A stretch of 62,479 nucleotides of DNA, counting the filler, from Choristocarpus tenellus KU-1152 (lineage: Eukaryota > Protista > Phaeophyceae), in the NCBI GenBank assembly GCA_964200185.2. It is 12 parts of 12 records of this genome, joined end to end, with 100 filler letters (N's around TTAATTAATTAA, not from the genome) between each part and the next. Parts side by side here need not be neighbours in the genome. Positions count along the whole stretch, not along the records: positions 1 to 7,121 come from CAXNAD020006660.1; positions 7,222 to 13,252 come from CAXNAD020009119.1; 10 more parts are not named here. One strand, written 5' to 3'. Positions 1 to 12,199 of this stretch are shown here, piece after piece. The notes under the pieces were generated by a model. It was not told the DNA's origin. It saw nothing but the letters and a program-made list of their open reading frames with translations, and did no database searches. The stretch's first letter is position 1; each line of letters opens with the position of its first letter. A program made the translations under genes and the position numbers.

Positions 1-69
1 ACTGTTAGTAATATTGGTATAAACCTCCCCCCCCCCCCCCCCCCCCCCCTACTGTGTCATGCATGAAAG

Positions 70-2799
70 GTTAATCGGTCAGATGCAGTGTTCTCTGTGG
101 GGCGTGTGGCTTGGCTGGTGCTGGCCCTGCAGTCTGGCAATGTTAATAACCTCAAGTCTGGATGTGAAGATAAAATCCATCAGCCACAGAGAGGTCAACA
201 CCCTGCCTACAAACATGTAAGAAATCACACTTGTCACTTATATTATTATTATTATTATTGTGTTTTTGGCATCAAACCACACTTGTCAGTTTTTCTCTCA
301 TGAACACATTTTGTGTGACTTGAGTGAAGTGGTATCATCTCATAGGGGGTGACATTGGATTTTAAGGGTCGTAGTGACTCCTTTTTGATGTAGTAGTATG
401 TGTTTTGATGTAGTAGTATGTGTTTTGGTGTAGTAGTATGTGTTTTGGTGTAGTAGTATGTGTTTTGGTGTAGTAGTATGTGTTTTGATGTAGTAGTATA
501 TGTTTTGATGTAGTAGTATGTGTTTTGATGTAGTAGTATGTGTTTTGATGTAGTAGTATGTGTTTTGAGCACTATTGCTATGTGTAGTAGTTATGTGTTG
601 CCAGCAATTAGTAATCTTCTCTTTGGCATACATACCCTCCCAGTGGGTATACACGTGTCCAGAGTCCTCTTTGAATTCTGATTTGCATAGGGTTAGGGAT
701 AAAATGGTTTGTTGACTTGTAAGCATGATTATGTATTTTTATTTTAGTGTGGCAATTTTATATTGAAGTATTTGCCTTGCTAGAATATAAACGTTGAATC
801 TCATTCATGTCACCTTATTTTTGTACCTGAAGTAGGGTTAGGGTTAGGGATAGGGTTATGTCAGGCTGATGGCTGTGTTTGGCTTTTGTTGACATGTGTG
901 TGGTTCACTTTGCATGGGAAGGAAACATCAATTTTTGATATGTCACCATACCACCACTCAGTTTTGCAACCATCTCAGGTCTTCATTTCCTCCAATAAAA
1001 AGTCCTTTTTTTGAAGCACATTCTTCACAGGAAGGAGGTAGTGAAAGACAGGACCGAGTTAGACTGCAATGTAACATGATGCACCCATCACTTCACATGG
1101 AACGTTTGTAGTGAATACTTTGCTGTATCATTAACCCGCTCCATGCAAAGGTATACCCTATTATTGATGCTGCAATTACAGCTGGGGCGGATGGGGCTTA
1201 CCTCTCTGGAGCCGGCCCCACAGTTGCAGCCATCACCTCAGGCGCATCAGGAGACATCTTCACACAGAGGGAAAAGGAGAGGGTGGACAAGCAGGTGCTT
1301 GGCATACTCATAGCATATGGTGTTTGTCTCTCTTCTTTTGTGTTGTGCACTGTTTCTTTGACGTGGGGTTAGGGTAGGAATGTTTTGTTGAATTTTGAGG
1401 CGATATAGTATAGTACAGTACAGTGCTGATGCATATTGCAATTGCTGTGTGAGTTTGTCTCTGTATTTATTTTTCACTGAATGGCAATATGAAGTGTCAC
1501 CATTTAATACATGTTCTAGAAACAAAGGTTAAAGGTTACCAGAGGAGGAAAGGGGGACAGAACTTTTAGCCAGTTAGAATTGATTGCCCTTGGTAGTGAA
1601 GAAATGTTTTTGGAGAGAGTCAGGGTATGGGGTGCAGGCAGGAACAAGACCAGCAGGTATCTCTCTGGGTGTATTGGTGTTTGATCACCTGCACATTTGT
1701 AGTATCTATCAGAGTGTTGTGTTTATTGAGTGCTATCAAATATATGTTCAAGATTGGTTGTGGTTTTGTTATTGGTAGACTATGATTGTGCAAGTTGTTG
1801 ATGGTATGGGTTGGAAATGCTTACACTATATTGGGAAGTAAAAAACATAATTTTGTACTACTCCACTGACCTCCAATTTCTTGGTTTACATAGGGTTAGT
1901 TGGGGGCCTACCCCCTCCCCCTCCCCCTCCCCAAACCACTCTCTTTGATACCCTATATTACATGGTTCCATTGCCAACAACTACAAAAGGTGTGACTGGT
2001 GGGGTTATGGCTGGACACTTGTGCATGAGTAATGCCGAGTTTGTTGGTGCAATAGATAGGTGTCCTAGTTGCTTTCAATTGTTTAGTGGGGTCAAAGTAT
2101 CTGGGGGGGGGTATCGGCGTCCATTTTTCACCCTTTTTTCTATTTTCACTTTTTTGGTGTGATTTGGTCGCATGTGTCGGATTTGAAATGTCAGCAAAAA
2201 AAAGAGTTGTTTGACCAAAACGGACGCCCCCTCACAAACCACACACACACAGAGATACTTTGACCCAGTGCACCATACAAGTGAGTAGATCATACTGCCA
2301 AGTTCATGACAAATATCGATCTGACTTGGTATTGAGTACTTCAAGGTGTTTTCTTGTTTGTGTGCTGGAACCTTCTTAGACTGTTCCAAACGTTTGAGAT
2401 CATTGTTAATGTGCACTTGTCAATTTTTCTGGTGGGGAGAAACTGTGTGCTTACGTTTGGATTAGTGTTCACAACATTCACCATCCTCTGCATTAACGTT
2501 GTTTTTGTGACTCCCACTCCACTCCAAGTGAACACTACTGTTAGTTTTGATATTGATACCATTGTTTTTCCACATGCTCACGCACCTAAGCAAAGCAACT
2601 AACTCTACTACCTTTCCTCCTTGCCATAACCATATGTGTCATGTGTGGCCAGGTGGCTGAGGCAATGATCCTGGCGGCAAGCAAGGTTGGTGTGAAGGGG
2701 GAGGCCTTCATCACCACCCCTGCAGAGAGTGGCGCATATGTTGTCAGCGCAGAGCCTAGCTTTTCTCGTGGTACTATCCGATACCCTGGTGATGTCTAG
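70..2799 (+). CDS. thrB: Homoserine kinase (GHMP family), last three exons: 70-216, 1151-1294, 2653-2799 (stop TAG)
   Basis: In-phase GT-AG splicing gives VNRSDAVFSVGRVAWLVLAL...EDKIHQPQRG...VYPIIDAAITAGADGAYLSGAGPTVAA...VAEAMILAASKVG...RYPGDV*. DAVF-x2-R, D-x-IHQP-x-R and LSGAGPT are homoserine kinase motifs. The 5' exons lie outside the window. Confidence 0.88.
383..568. repeat. Intronic minisatellite, 20-bp unit TGTTTTG(A/G)TGTAGTAGTATG, about 9 copies
   Basis: Tandem repeat read directly; it explains the repetitive ORFs 255-572 and 340-726. Confidence 0.95.
2089..2266. mobile_element. MITE family B (178 bp), Sola2-like, intronic
   Basis: TIR GGGTCAAAGTATCT...AGATACTTTGACCC, flanked by AGTG on both sides (2085-2088, 2267-2270). 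Confidence 0.85.
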
Positions 2800-3416
2800 A
2801 CATCTTCTTCTTGGTGTTAGATGGCCTCAGGCCCTTTTTGGCTGAATCTGATGTTTAGGATACCCTTGGGCTCTCAGTTGTGTTCCTACTTTGAAGCCAC
2901 AGTGATGTTTCCTTGTTATATGTACGTACATATATTGATATATTGCATATGAGTGAACACACTATTCAGTGGAAACATATTGTAACACAATGTGTTGTTC
3001 ACCCCGGTGAGTCTTTTGAACATCTGCTGCTGAGAGGTTTAGGATTAGGCTTGACTGGGCTTTCCCAGTGGTTTACGGTGTGGTCTTTGTTTGTCCACTC
3101 TTTGCCATGTCTATCCAAGGTTGCTGTAACCAGGAGTGAACAAGGAGGAGATAGCTCTATGTGATCCTAGTGTGTGCACCATTACTCCCATTCTCAAGGT
3201 GGTGTGGGAGGCGTCTAGAGTTTAGAGGTTTTTATTCTCTCCTCCCTGTCCACTGTTATTGAGAAGTTGTTGTGGGTTGATTAGTGGTTAATACCCAGCA
3301 CTCCTAAAAATGTCTGGCATGCAGGTTCAAACCTGGTTGATGTTCCGGTTGACATCACAGGCACCACAGACCATACACACTCTTGCTCTATCTCTTCTGC
3401 CATGACAGTTCTATAC

Positions 3417-3684
3417 GAGCGTAAGTATCTTAGGGTTAGGGTATGAGTTTTGCCCTGTTTGTCCATTTGGGGCTTGGCTTCCCATGTTTTTCTTAGTCAT
3501 ATTTTCCTACCCCAGTATGTTTCGGAGTGGGTAAAATGTATACGTATTGAAAAGGTGTGTCCAGAACAAGGATATTGACACTTCCTAACAAACACGATAG
3601 TCAAAATTACATCAAAATCGCANNNNNNNNNNGGATTTTGACCCCCAAATGGATGCGGCTCTACCCTCTAAGATACTTTGGCTC
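3417..3684 (+). mobile_element. MITE family A (about 257 bp consensus), full copy with a 10-N gap
   Basis: GAGCGTAAGTATCTTAG...CTAAGATACTTTGGCTC, TSD ATAC/ATAC; homologous to 8 other copies in the window. Confidence 0.92.
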
Positions 3685-4464
3685 ATACCACAAAAAGCGG
3701 AAAATTGGAACGAGGTGGTAAGGCCGGCCTCCTTTCAGAACAATACAATATTGAGAACTGTACAAGTGTCGAGGGAGGAGGTGGAGTCACTCAGTGACAC
3801 ATGGGTGGGATTGCTGAACGTATCAGTAGAAATAAAGCTCACATGGAGGTAGTGTGATGTAACTGTTTTGCGCTCGAGATGGTGCTGTATATAGTGGAAA
3901 ATGAGAAGTAGACCTTGTGTAATGAAATCTGACTATGGTCCAGGCTAGCCCCTAGGCTATAAAGTAAAGATTAAAAAGCCACTCATTGTATGCATCTGTT
4001 AATACATACTGTAAAGTGTATTTAAATGTGTTGTGTGTTTCCCCCCATAAATGAAGATTGGAGTACGTTGTCTTTTGAAGGCAAAAGGTATATCAACACT
4101 ATCCTAATAGCCTGATGTCCTTTCACGACTGACTACAGTTCGATCTAGCAGGAAGGAGAAGAGTGGGATAGATGACCCAACACGTCATAGGCATCAAGAA
4201 GCGCAGGAGCATAATGTGGATGTAAAACTGCCAATGCAAAACAATGCAAGGGATTGTACAAATATCCAAACAACCACTCAGTCGCCTCCATCACGGTGAG
4301 CTGGAAGGACTACATAATTGTATGCCAGATTATTATTTTACTACGATATACAAGTACAATACTAACTGCAATAGCAGTGGAGAAAAATTATACCTTGAGG
4401 TACGTGGAGAGAGATTTCGTCATGTTCTGTCTCCTGTCTCTCCCCTGACAATTCGTAGTTATTG

Positions 4465-4717
4465 GAGTGAAAGTATCTTGGAGGGTACGAACGAGTTTTT
4501 CTGTCCATTTGGGGCTTGGCTTCCCACGGATTGTTAATGACATTTTACCTACTCCAAAATGTTTCGGAGTAGGTAAAGTGCGTACGTTGTGAAAAGTTGT
4601 ACCCAAAACAAGGGTATATCTCCTAACAAACACGATATCCAAAATTACATCAAAATTGAAAGATTGGATTTTAGCCCCCAAATGGACGCATCTCTACCCT
4701 TTAAGATACTTTGTCTC
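4465..4717 (+). mobile_element. MITE family A, full copy
   Basis: GAGTGAAAGTATCTTGGAGGGTA...TACCCTTTAAGATACTTTGTCTC; flanks ATTG/TTGC (only TTG duplicated). Confidence 0.9.
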
Positions 4718-6300
4718 TTGCATAGTGTCAGTGGGCACAACCATCAGCTACTCTATGGTCGTATGTCAAAACAAGCACCTATCATTATATCCATCCAATA
4801 CTGCCGTAGGCAGTTACTCTACTCACGACAAAATATAAAGTTTTCACGGTTACACAGGACATCTGACCTTACTGATTCTACGTTCTGTTACTTTGCAGTT
4901 GACTCTCCCAGTGATGTAGATTGCTTCTGTTGACATTTTTTCATGAATGTAAGGCGGTAGTAGCGCCTTCTTGATATATGCAAACTTTACCTCGACACAA
5001 ATGAAGGGAAAATATATGTAAGGTGTGCTATGGGAAAAGAGTGGTGCTACAGAATTAGTAAAAAAAAACTCACGTTCATGTTTCCATTTCCACTTGAAGA
5101 ATATCTGTCAATATAATTACTACTTGCAAGCACTCGCTGAACACGACGGACTGGAAGGTAGCGGGAAGGGTTAAAGCACTAACGTTTTGAAGGTTCTTTG
5201 AAGGAAAAGGGTGTTGGTACTTTGTGTAGATCGTCGATCTATCTGTGCTTGGTTGGTAACTTCAAAGACACTCCGGTAGCAGGAAGGGCTGCCCATCCAT
5301 GATGACAGGGGGGTCATAATGGACAACAACAGCAATAGTAACAACAATAGTGTTGACTTACCTTGAATTGATTTTAGATGTGCACAACTGGTTGAGACCC
5401 TGGGTCATATATTTTATAGACAACATATTGAAGGCTGACGGCTGATACTGCTTGTGAATAGCCGCGTTGCCATCAATGCACACTCAAACAGTACCATTGC
5501 CTTGAGGAGCGTTTGCTGTTCTTGTACTGTTGTGCTTGTACCTGGATGAGTCAAATTGACTGAGAGGTAGACAGGGTTTCATTTAAGGAACCCGAGAAAA
5601 GGCAAAAATGTATATTTTTGTACTATCATTCCAGAAAGAACCTTTACTGGATCGCGGCGTCAATTTGTGCGTTGAAAGGTGGAACATCACTTTTGCGTAC
5701 ACACTACTATGGACATAAAGCAACGGAAAAGAGTGCATTGCGCGGCGCGAGAGAGATGGGTTAGAATGCGAAAGGCCCCGAGCCTTCCTACTTCTCAATT
5801 GGTTTGGCTCTTCTATACTGAGTACCACGTACTACTCCATGTGAAGTAATATGTGTTTGGGTTAGTGTTACAGGCAATGGTTCTGTGTGGGCTGCTCGGG
5901 ACCAGCAGTTACATGACTTTTCCAGTCCGGGTAACTCAAAAGTCAAACCGTGAGGTTTATACTGAGCAGGGCATATTGACTCGCAGGTCTTAAAGAGGTG
6001 TCTGTTTTGTAAACTGCACGCCTCCATCATGGAGTGGGTCTGGTACAAAGTTTTTAACAACTGAATCACCTGAAAAGTGAATAAGATAAGCCAGGTGGTC
6101 CAGTATAATCTTGATTGTACTTGAAGATATCAAAGCCTGCCTACATTCTTCAGCGATGATACTCCTACAATTTACATTATTACTCTATAAACGTGAGTTA
6201 TACCAGCGCCAAAATACTAGCGTTGGTGTTATCCATTACCCATACGTAGTAGTAGACAAAGTATGTGCAAATAAAAAAATAGTTCAAAACTTAAGTCATT

Positions 6301-6334
<34 letters not shown>

Positions 6335-7069
6335 CATATCTATCTGTAAGTAATGCCGTACGATGTTAATGTGTGTAGTACGTAGTAGGAAGAGCTAGGG
6401 TTAGGTGTAGTAAGGCATAGAAAATACACATTTTAGAATGGTCGAATACTTGTACTACAAAGTATTATTGATATCATGTGACAATCAGTATCTATTACTT
6501 CTACCACTATACTACTTTCTATGTATGGCATACGTACAGTAGGAATAGGAAATGGTGCGACCATCCATGTTGCTGAGAGAATGAAGTAGTTGATTTGTAG
6601 TCGTGGAGATAGGGTGTGGTATAGTGTACTTCTGCGAGTGACAAAGAAGAAGGCTGAAAGTACATGGAATCATTCTGCGTTGCACTGTGTTCCTATTTGA
6701 AATGAAAGCAACCAAATGGCGCAAAGCTCATCATACAGACATGCACATCACACAAGAACCAGGGCAAGAGTTCACTCCTCGGAAAACGTAAGGCTGCATA
6801 ACATAACCTAATTCCTCAACACTCTACAACACTAAGTATTGTCCAGGGCATGTGAAGATATAGGGCAAATGGTCTAAGTGTTCTCTGGACAACAGATGTT
6901 CAGACCAAATGGGCTCAAGCGGTCGCTGAACAAGTGACGACCGTATGAGCGAGTGGAAGAGGCGGAAATGTTTTCTTTTCAAAGATTTCATCTTCCTTAC
7001 GTCAAATTTCTTGCATTTATCTCTTTGTTGTAATAAAATCGACTACTCCGGAGCTATATACTTGACATA

Positions 7070-7121
7070 GAGTGAAACTATCTTAGAGGGTACGATTTTT
7101 TCCCTGTTTGTCCATTTGTGG
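7070..7121 (+). mobile_element. MITE family A, left end truncated by the contig end
   Basis: GAGTGAAACTATCTTAGAGGGTACG...CCCTGTTTGTCCATTTG matches the family A left end. Confidence 0.88.
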
Positions 7122-7221
7122 NNNNNNNNNNNNNNNNNNNNNNNNNNNNNNNNNNNNNNNNNNNNTTAATTAATTAANNNNNNNNNNNNNNNNNNNNNNN
7201 NNNNNNNNNNNNNNNNNNNNN
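7122..7221. other. Artificial contig-joining linker; also at 13253-13352, 17987-18086, 21370-21469, 28994-29093, 35195-35294, 41947-42046, 47226-47325, 51229-51328, 54523-54622, 59530-59629
   Basis: Identical 100-nt N-run/TTAATTAATTAA/N-run spacers; the 12-mer places stops in all six frames. Confidence 0.99.
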
Positions 7222-7261
7222 CCCCTCACAAACCACCCCCCCCCCAAAGATACTTTGACCC
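7222..7261. mobile_element. MITE family B, right end at a contig start
   Basis: CCCCTCACAAACCAC...AGATACTTTGACCC matches 2228-2266. Confidence 0.8.
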
Positions 7262-7264
7262 AGA

Positions 7265-9360
7265 TACAGTGTCTTTGAGGACATCCATGGCGAATGTAGA
7301 CGTCTATTCAAGGAAGAAATATCCGTTGTGGAACGGTGGAGGAGGTACTTCACACAGCGTTCCTTATTAACAAGTCGGCTGATAATCTCAACTCTCACAT
7401 ATGCTGGCAAAGTCCTCCTCAAAGTTGTTGTACGGCGGTTGCGGGATTTCCTGGAACAGGAGAACACCCTTCGTGAGGAACAGTGTGGGTTCTGGCCCCA
7501 ACACTCTGCAGTGGACATAAAATACAGTTCACATGCCCTCCAAGAGCTTGGCCAGGAGAAGCATGTACCCCTATTCATATGTTGGGTCGATCTACAGAAA
7601 AATTACGAGTCTGTTAATCGTGTCTCCTGTGGACTGTGCTGGACAAATTTGGGATACCTCCGAAGATAAATTTCGTTTTCTGTCAATTCTACGATAGAGT
7701 GAGGGCATGTGTTCGCGTGGATGGTACAGACTGGTCCGAGGGTGGTGGACAAGGCCTTTGTCAGGAGTACGTTCTTTCTCCAATCCTCTTCGAAATATTA
7801 TTCACTGTAGTGCTAAGTGTGACAGTTGAGGAGCTCACTTCTGACCGGGTCATCTCCAAGGACCTTTGTTGTCAGAGCGTAAATAACCAGATGAGAGGAG
7901 GAGGAGCACCAGGGAATGGGATAAGACTTTAACGTCTTTTGTGGAGAATGCTCTGTGCTGATGTTATTGATATTATCTCCAAGAGCCAAGGAGGTTTGCC
8001 CAGAAATATTATAGCACAGAATACTTTTAGCCCAGAGAATGATCCAAACCTACAAATCTCTCGATTGGTTTGACTCTCTATCTACTACTTGCCCTCCTTA
8101 AACCGTTAATATTGTTGTAGTAGTAGTTACAACAGTAGAGCTAGTAGTAGTGGTGCTGGTGATACAGAAAACAACACATATTCACACACAATATACGGGT
8201 TTACAACAAAACAAGCAAACAACAGGCACCGCAGTTGTTACTGAGTGAGGGGGCTATGACATTACTTAAGATGCCAACAAAGCGAGCGCAGACATACGAC
8301 AAGGCGCGAGAATAGGCCTCATTTCAACAACCTCTCCGCTAGTGATGAACTGCATTGTGCATAAGAAAATTCTGTTTCAGTTCCGTCTCAAAGAAATCAA
8401 CAGCCCCCCCAAAAGTACGAAATGTCACTCTGGGTTTCAATAACCGACACTGGGCTAAAAAGATCCCATATTGACAGAGCTTGTGAAGGTAAAGAAATCA
8501 TTCGCTTTGACTGTATTAGCATTTAAGACGGAAACTCTGCGTCTTCGCAATCCTCATCAGGATGCCAAAAACCTTGCAGATTTGGGGATTGCACCAGATT
8601 TACGAGTAACCCGATAGATTTATCACAACGGAACCATCAGTGGTGATGTCGGGTTACCGCAAAATCATCTGAAGGATCTAGGAAGTTTGGACTTGCTTTC
8701 GCAAATAAGCCAATATCTCTAAGATATGACCTCAGGTGTATCACTTAAGGTTAAGATTCGATTGCTGCAAGCTTATGTACTTGAGGTTCTGCTTTGTGAA
8801 TTGTGTGGTGTGAACACTCCACCAGGCTCAGTACCTGGAGCTCTGCTCACATCCGTTACAAATTCCTCCTTTGCTGCATGGGTTTCCGTAGACAGGAACG
8901 CACCAGTCATATACTCTCCTACAAAGATAATCTTACGATGACTGGGTGTGAAAGTGTTGACACGATGGTGTGCAAGCGGAGGCTCCTATTTTCCAAGTCT
9001 ATTAGTCACTTGGCGGGTGAACGACTTCTCAAGAAATTGACTTTCAGGGAGCTTGCAGTTGGAAAACGGGAGCGAGGTGGATGTCACAGGAGAAGAACTG
9101 GTGTGCATGTTTCCAAGACTACCTTGAGAAGGTTTGGGATTGAAGTTGACGGCTGGAGCACAAGAGTCACTAATCGACAGGAGTGGTATGAGTGTGTGGG
9201 CATGGGCACAACGAGGTTTATGGATGAACAGCATTCCAAGGAGGCTTTGATACCTAATGTACATATATCAAACTGGGAGTTAGGAGTGTTGTGAGGGTAA
9301 TGGCATAACGAGGTTTATGGTCAAATGCCATTCTAAGGAGGCCTTTGAGGCTAATGTATG
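7265..9360 (+). pseudogene. Decayed RTE-like LINE reverse transcriptase, interrupted by an insertion at about 8011-8467
   Basis: Frameshifted fragments: AGKVLLKVVVRRL...LREEQCGF, LFICWVDLQKNYESVNR, GLCQEYVLSPILF, MLCADV (decayed YADD), LTV..KTETL, LKVKIRLLQAYVLEVLL, RRLLF...ERLLKKLTF. Confidence 0.85.
8011..8467. mobile_element. Unclassified insertion in the LINE with subterminal inverted repeats
   Basis: TTTTAGCCCAG (8025-8035) and CTGGGCTAAAA (8450-8460); ATATT on both sides (8006-8010, 8468-8472); RT similarity resumes after it. Confidence 0.5.
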
Positions 9361-11174
9361 TCACACCAAGCCACCACCAACACTACTACTTCACTGTTTG
9401 CTGAATACTATTTTCTTTGTGTACTTTTTTCGATTTCATTCTCTGTACATTTTCTTTCTTCTCACATAATACCTTTTGGGTGATAGGGCTTTTCTCCTAC
9501 AGATTTCTATTCTACGATTTATTCCATTTTTTTGCCTTTCTTCTCCTTCTCCTTTTTCTTATTCTTTCGCTGCATATTTTTCTTTGTGATCCATGCTGGC
9601 TCTTTTCTCAACTATTGCTGTGTATTGCCTGAATTAGACTTCTTTTTCGACCACCTGTCTGGATCTTTGGACTAATGTGACGAAAATTGAGAACGAACGG
9701 AATTGGCCTTCTGTGTTGTATATTTCATCTCATAGTTGTTAGTAGTACATTAATATATGATGAGTGTGTAAGGACACTATGGTAGAATCGCCAAGGAACG
9801 CCTCTCTCTATTGCTGAAAGATACCATATTTGACTATTACTCGGAGTATGATTAAAGGAACTTACAGGTATAGGTAGACATGTGTCCATTACTCTTCTAG
9901 GTCTTCCTCAACTGGGATAAAATATGTATGGGGTAAACGCTGAGGACAGGGGGATTCTGGTGGTATGATCCAGAAAAAAAAATCTAGATCAGGAACATAT
10001 GGTACGTCGAAGTATGAAACTAATACAGGCGTTTTAATATTGTTTGAATGGTGGGGTAGAAATTCTACATCGGTGGCGAAAAGCAGGTATATATATCGGT
10101 TTTACATTAAGTACACATACTACCAGAGAGCATATGTTAAGGCGCTTGTATATGCAGAGGTCATGTTGTTGGGAGTGGTATAGAATTTGAAAAATACTTT
10201 ATGTAGCAGTGAAGTATTTGGAAGCATCTGGCGCACACAAAGAGAGCACCAACATTTGGTTCATTTATCTAATGGCAGACACAAGACAATAATTATCTCT
10301 CCATGCTACTGCGTGGGACCCACCCTCCGTGACTTTTTCATTGATGTTTGGGGCACCGAAGAATTAAAGATTAGAACTGGTTTTCTTTAGGCTCAATGTT
10401 TCTTTGATTCTCTATATGGGCTGCCATTTCTCCATCGATCTCGTCGTGCAACCCCTCCTTCTACTCTTCATCATTTCTCTTTTTCATCCTACTCAATCTC
10501 TAATGTGTTCGCTCAAAAGTGTCATTCTAAGTCCCAGGGGGAGCAATAATCTTCTCCTCCCTCAGCTCGCTCTCTTGATCCTCCTCTCGGTCACCTCCAG
10601 CTTCGACTTCTTCCAGGGACACTGCAGCCTTACTCAAGGTTAGGAACTCGGTTTCGTGTCCTTTCTTTGACGCACATTGGATCCATTTTCCACGCGCTTT
10701 CCGAACTTTCTCTTCCCCATAATCCAGGCTATCGCAAAGTATTCTGAACCCCAATTGTCATAATTCCTGTGCGGGATCTTTTGCATGTCGTGAATGTCTG
10801 TGATCTACTATTTGAGAAGGTTGGGTACCCTGTGTTCGTGGATAGCACTGGTGTTACACTATAGACAACACTGGAGGAGTGAATGAGGAAAGGTATAACC
10901 AGTTATGTGTTTCCATATATTTCAGGTTCAGTTCTACCTCTGGTTCATGTATTTTTCGGGACCTTGAGAAAAGATTATCCGTTCATGTGCAATATATGAT
11001 ACTTGTGATCCAGTGATAGTATTATTTTCTCGTTATCCGTGTGCACGTTGCAAATCCCACATATTAGTCTACCCCAGTCTCACCCCATGAGTACAGTCAA
11101 CCGAACCGAGACCATAAGCCCCTTGTAAGATTAACATAATATATACACAAACAAATCATTGTCCTCTCTTTATG

Positions 11175-11265
11175 TGAATACACTTTTCCTGATTTTGGCC
11201 CAAATAGATACCCTGGTGTAGAACCCTCCCGCCCCCCCCCCCCCCCCCCCTAGATACTTTGGGTC
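11175..11265 (-). mobile_element. MITE family C, partial
   Basis: Reverse complement of the left half of 57128-57310, ending in poly-C then TAGATACTTTGGGTC. Confidence 0.8.
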
Positions 11266-11439
11266 TTTTCACATCTTTTTCGTGATATTTCTTGGACATT
11301 TGATCGTATTCTCAGGGATGTGTTTAGGCATCATTAGTCCCCTGATGAAGTGCACACAGGAGCCCCGCTGTCCTTAGAACCCCTACTATCCTGCTGCTTA
11401 ATTTCTTTTTTAATAGTTACGGATTTTTCACACTCAATA

Positions 11440-11547
11440 TTAGGGTTAGGTACAGGGTCAGGGTCAGGGTCAGGGTCAGGGTCAGGGTCAGGGTCAGGGT
11501 CAGGGTCAGGGTCAAGTTCAGGGACAGGGTCAGGGTTAGAGTTAGGG
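11440..11547 (+). repeat. Interstitial telomere-variant array (TCAGGG)n bracketed by TTAGGG-like units
   Basis: About 10 consecutive TCAGGG units, with TTAGGG and TTAGAG units at the edges. Confidence 0.9.
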
Positions 11548-12199
11548 GTGGGTATAGATAAAAATATATGAAAATGACATTTTAAATAGCCCCAAAACGT
11601 GTTCAAATAGTTTGAAAAAACAGAAAAACTATTCCACAATGACGTTAAGAATGGTTGGGAAAAGGTTTGAAATGAGGTGAGAAATAGTTCACTTTGTGTC
11701 CCCCAAGCCTATGGGTGCTCCCGAACAAGGCATAGCTCCCCAGTGCACATTACTACCCTAAAAATACAAGGGTGAACTTCTGAGTGTCATGGTACAACGA
11801 TTAATTTAACAGTAGTCGGCGCCCTTAGAGACAACAAATACATTTGTGGAACGCCAGGATCCTGATCTTTCCAACACCCTAGGTTGGATAGATAGATTTG
11901 GAGGGACCCAATGGCGATCCGCTCAAGGATGACATAAAAAGATGTTATTGTGCCCTCTGGAATTTTGCAGATGTACCAGGAAAAATGCCAAACCTTAATC
12001 ACGAGGACCCTTGTATAAATAACAGTTTTCATGTAAAACAAACCTCTACACTATTTTTATTTGATACTAACCATACAACAGCACTCTATTAAAGGGTGGT
12101 AATGACAAGGTAATGAGCACACTGCTGGTATGTCTCTATACCTTAGCTTACCCTACAAATATGGGTAAGGAGCTAAGGAAGCATCCAAAGAATCTAACA

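Noticed and set aside
383-568. CRISPR-like array or repeat protein
   Set aside because: Head-to-tail 20-bp units with no unique spacers, inside an intron; the ORFs are by-products.
7122-7221. Recurring TTAATTAATTAA between N runs as a biological repeat
   Set aside because: It is an identical 100-nt six-frame-stop linker, an assembly artefact. Cross-linker gene neighbourhoods were therefore not interpreted.
9750-10400. Possible LINE endonuclease remnant (also about 59800-60500)
   Set aside because: Only faint motif echoes (GLSFAV, IVTAYSP); too decayed to call.
11334-11639. PD-repeat and GS-repeat ORFs
   Set aside because: They are translations of the TCAGGG array.
11340-11760. Possible TIR element around the TCAGGG array
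   Set aside because: The inverted similarity (GTGCAC...GGAGC) is short and imperfect, and no TSD was found.
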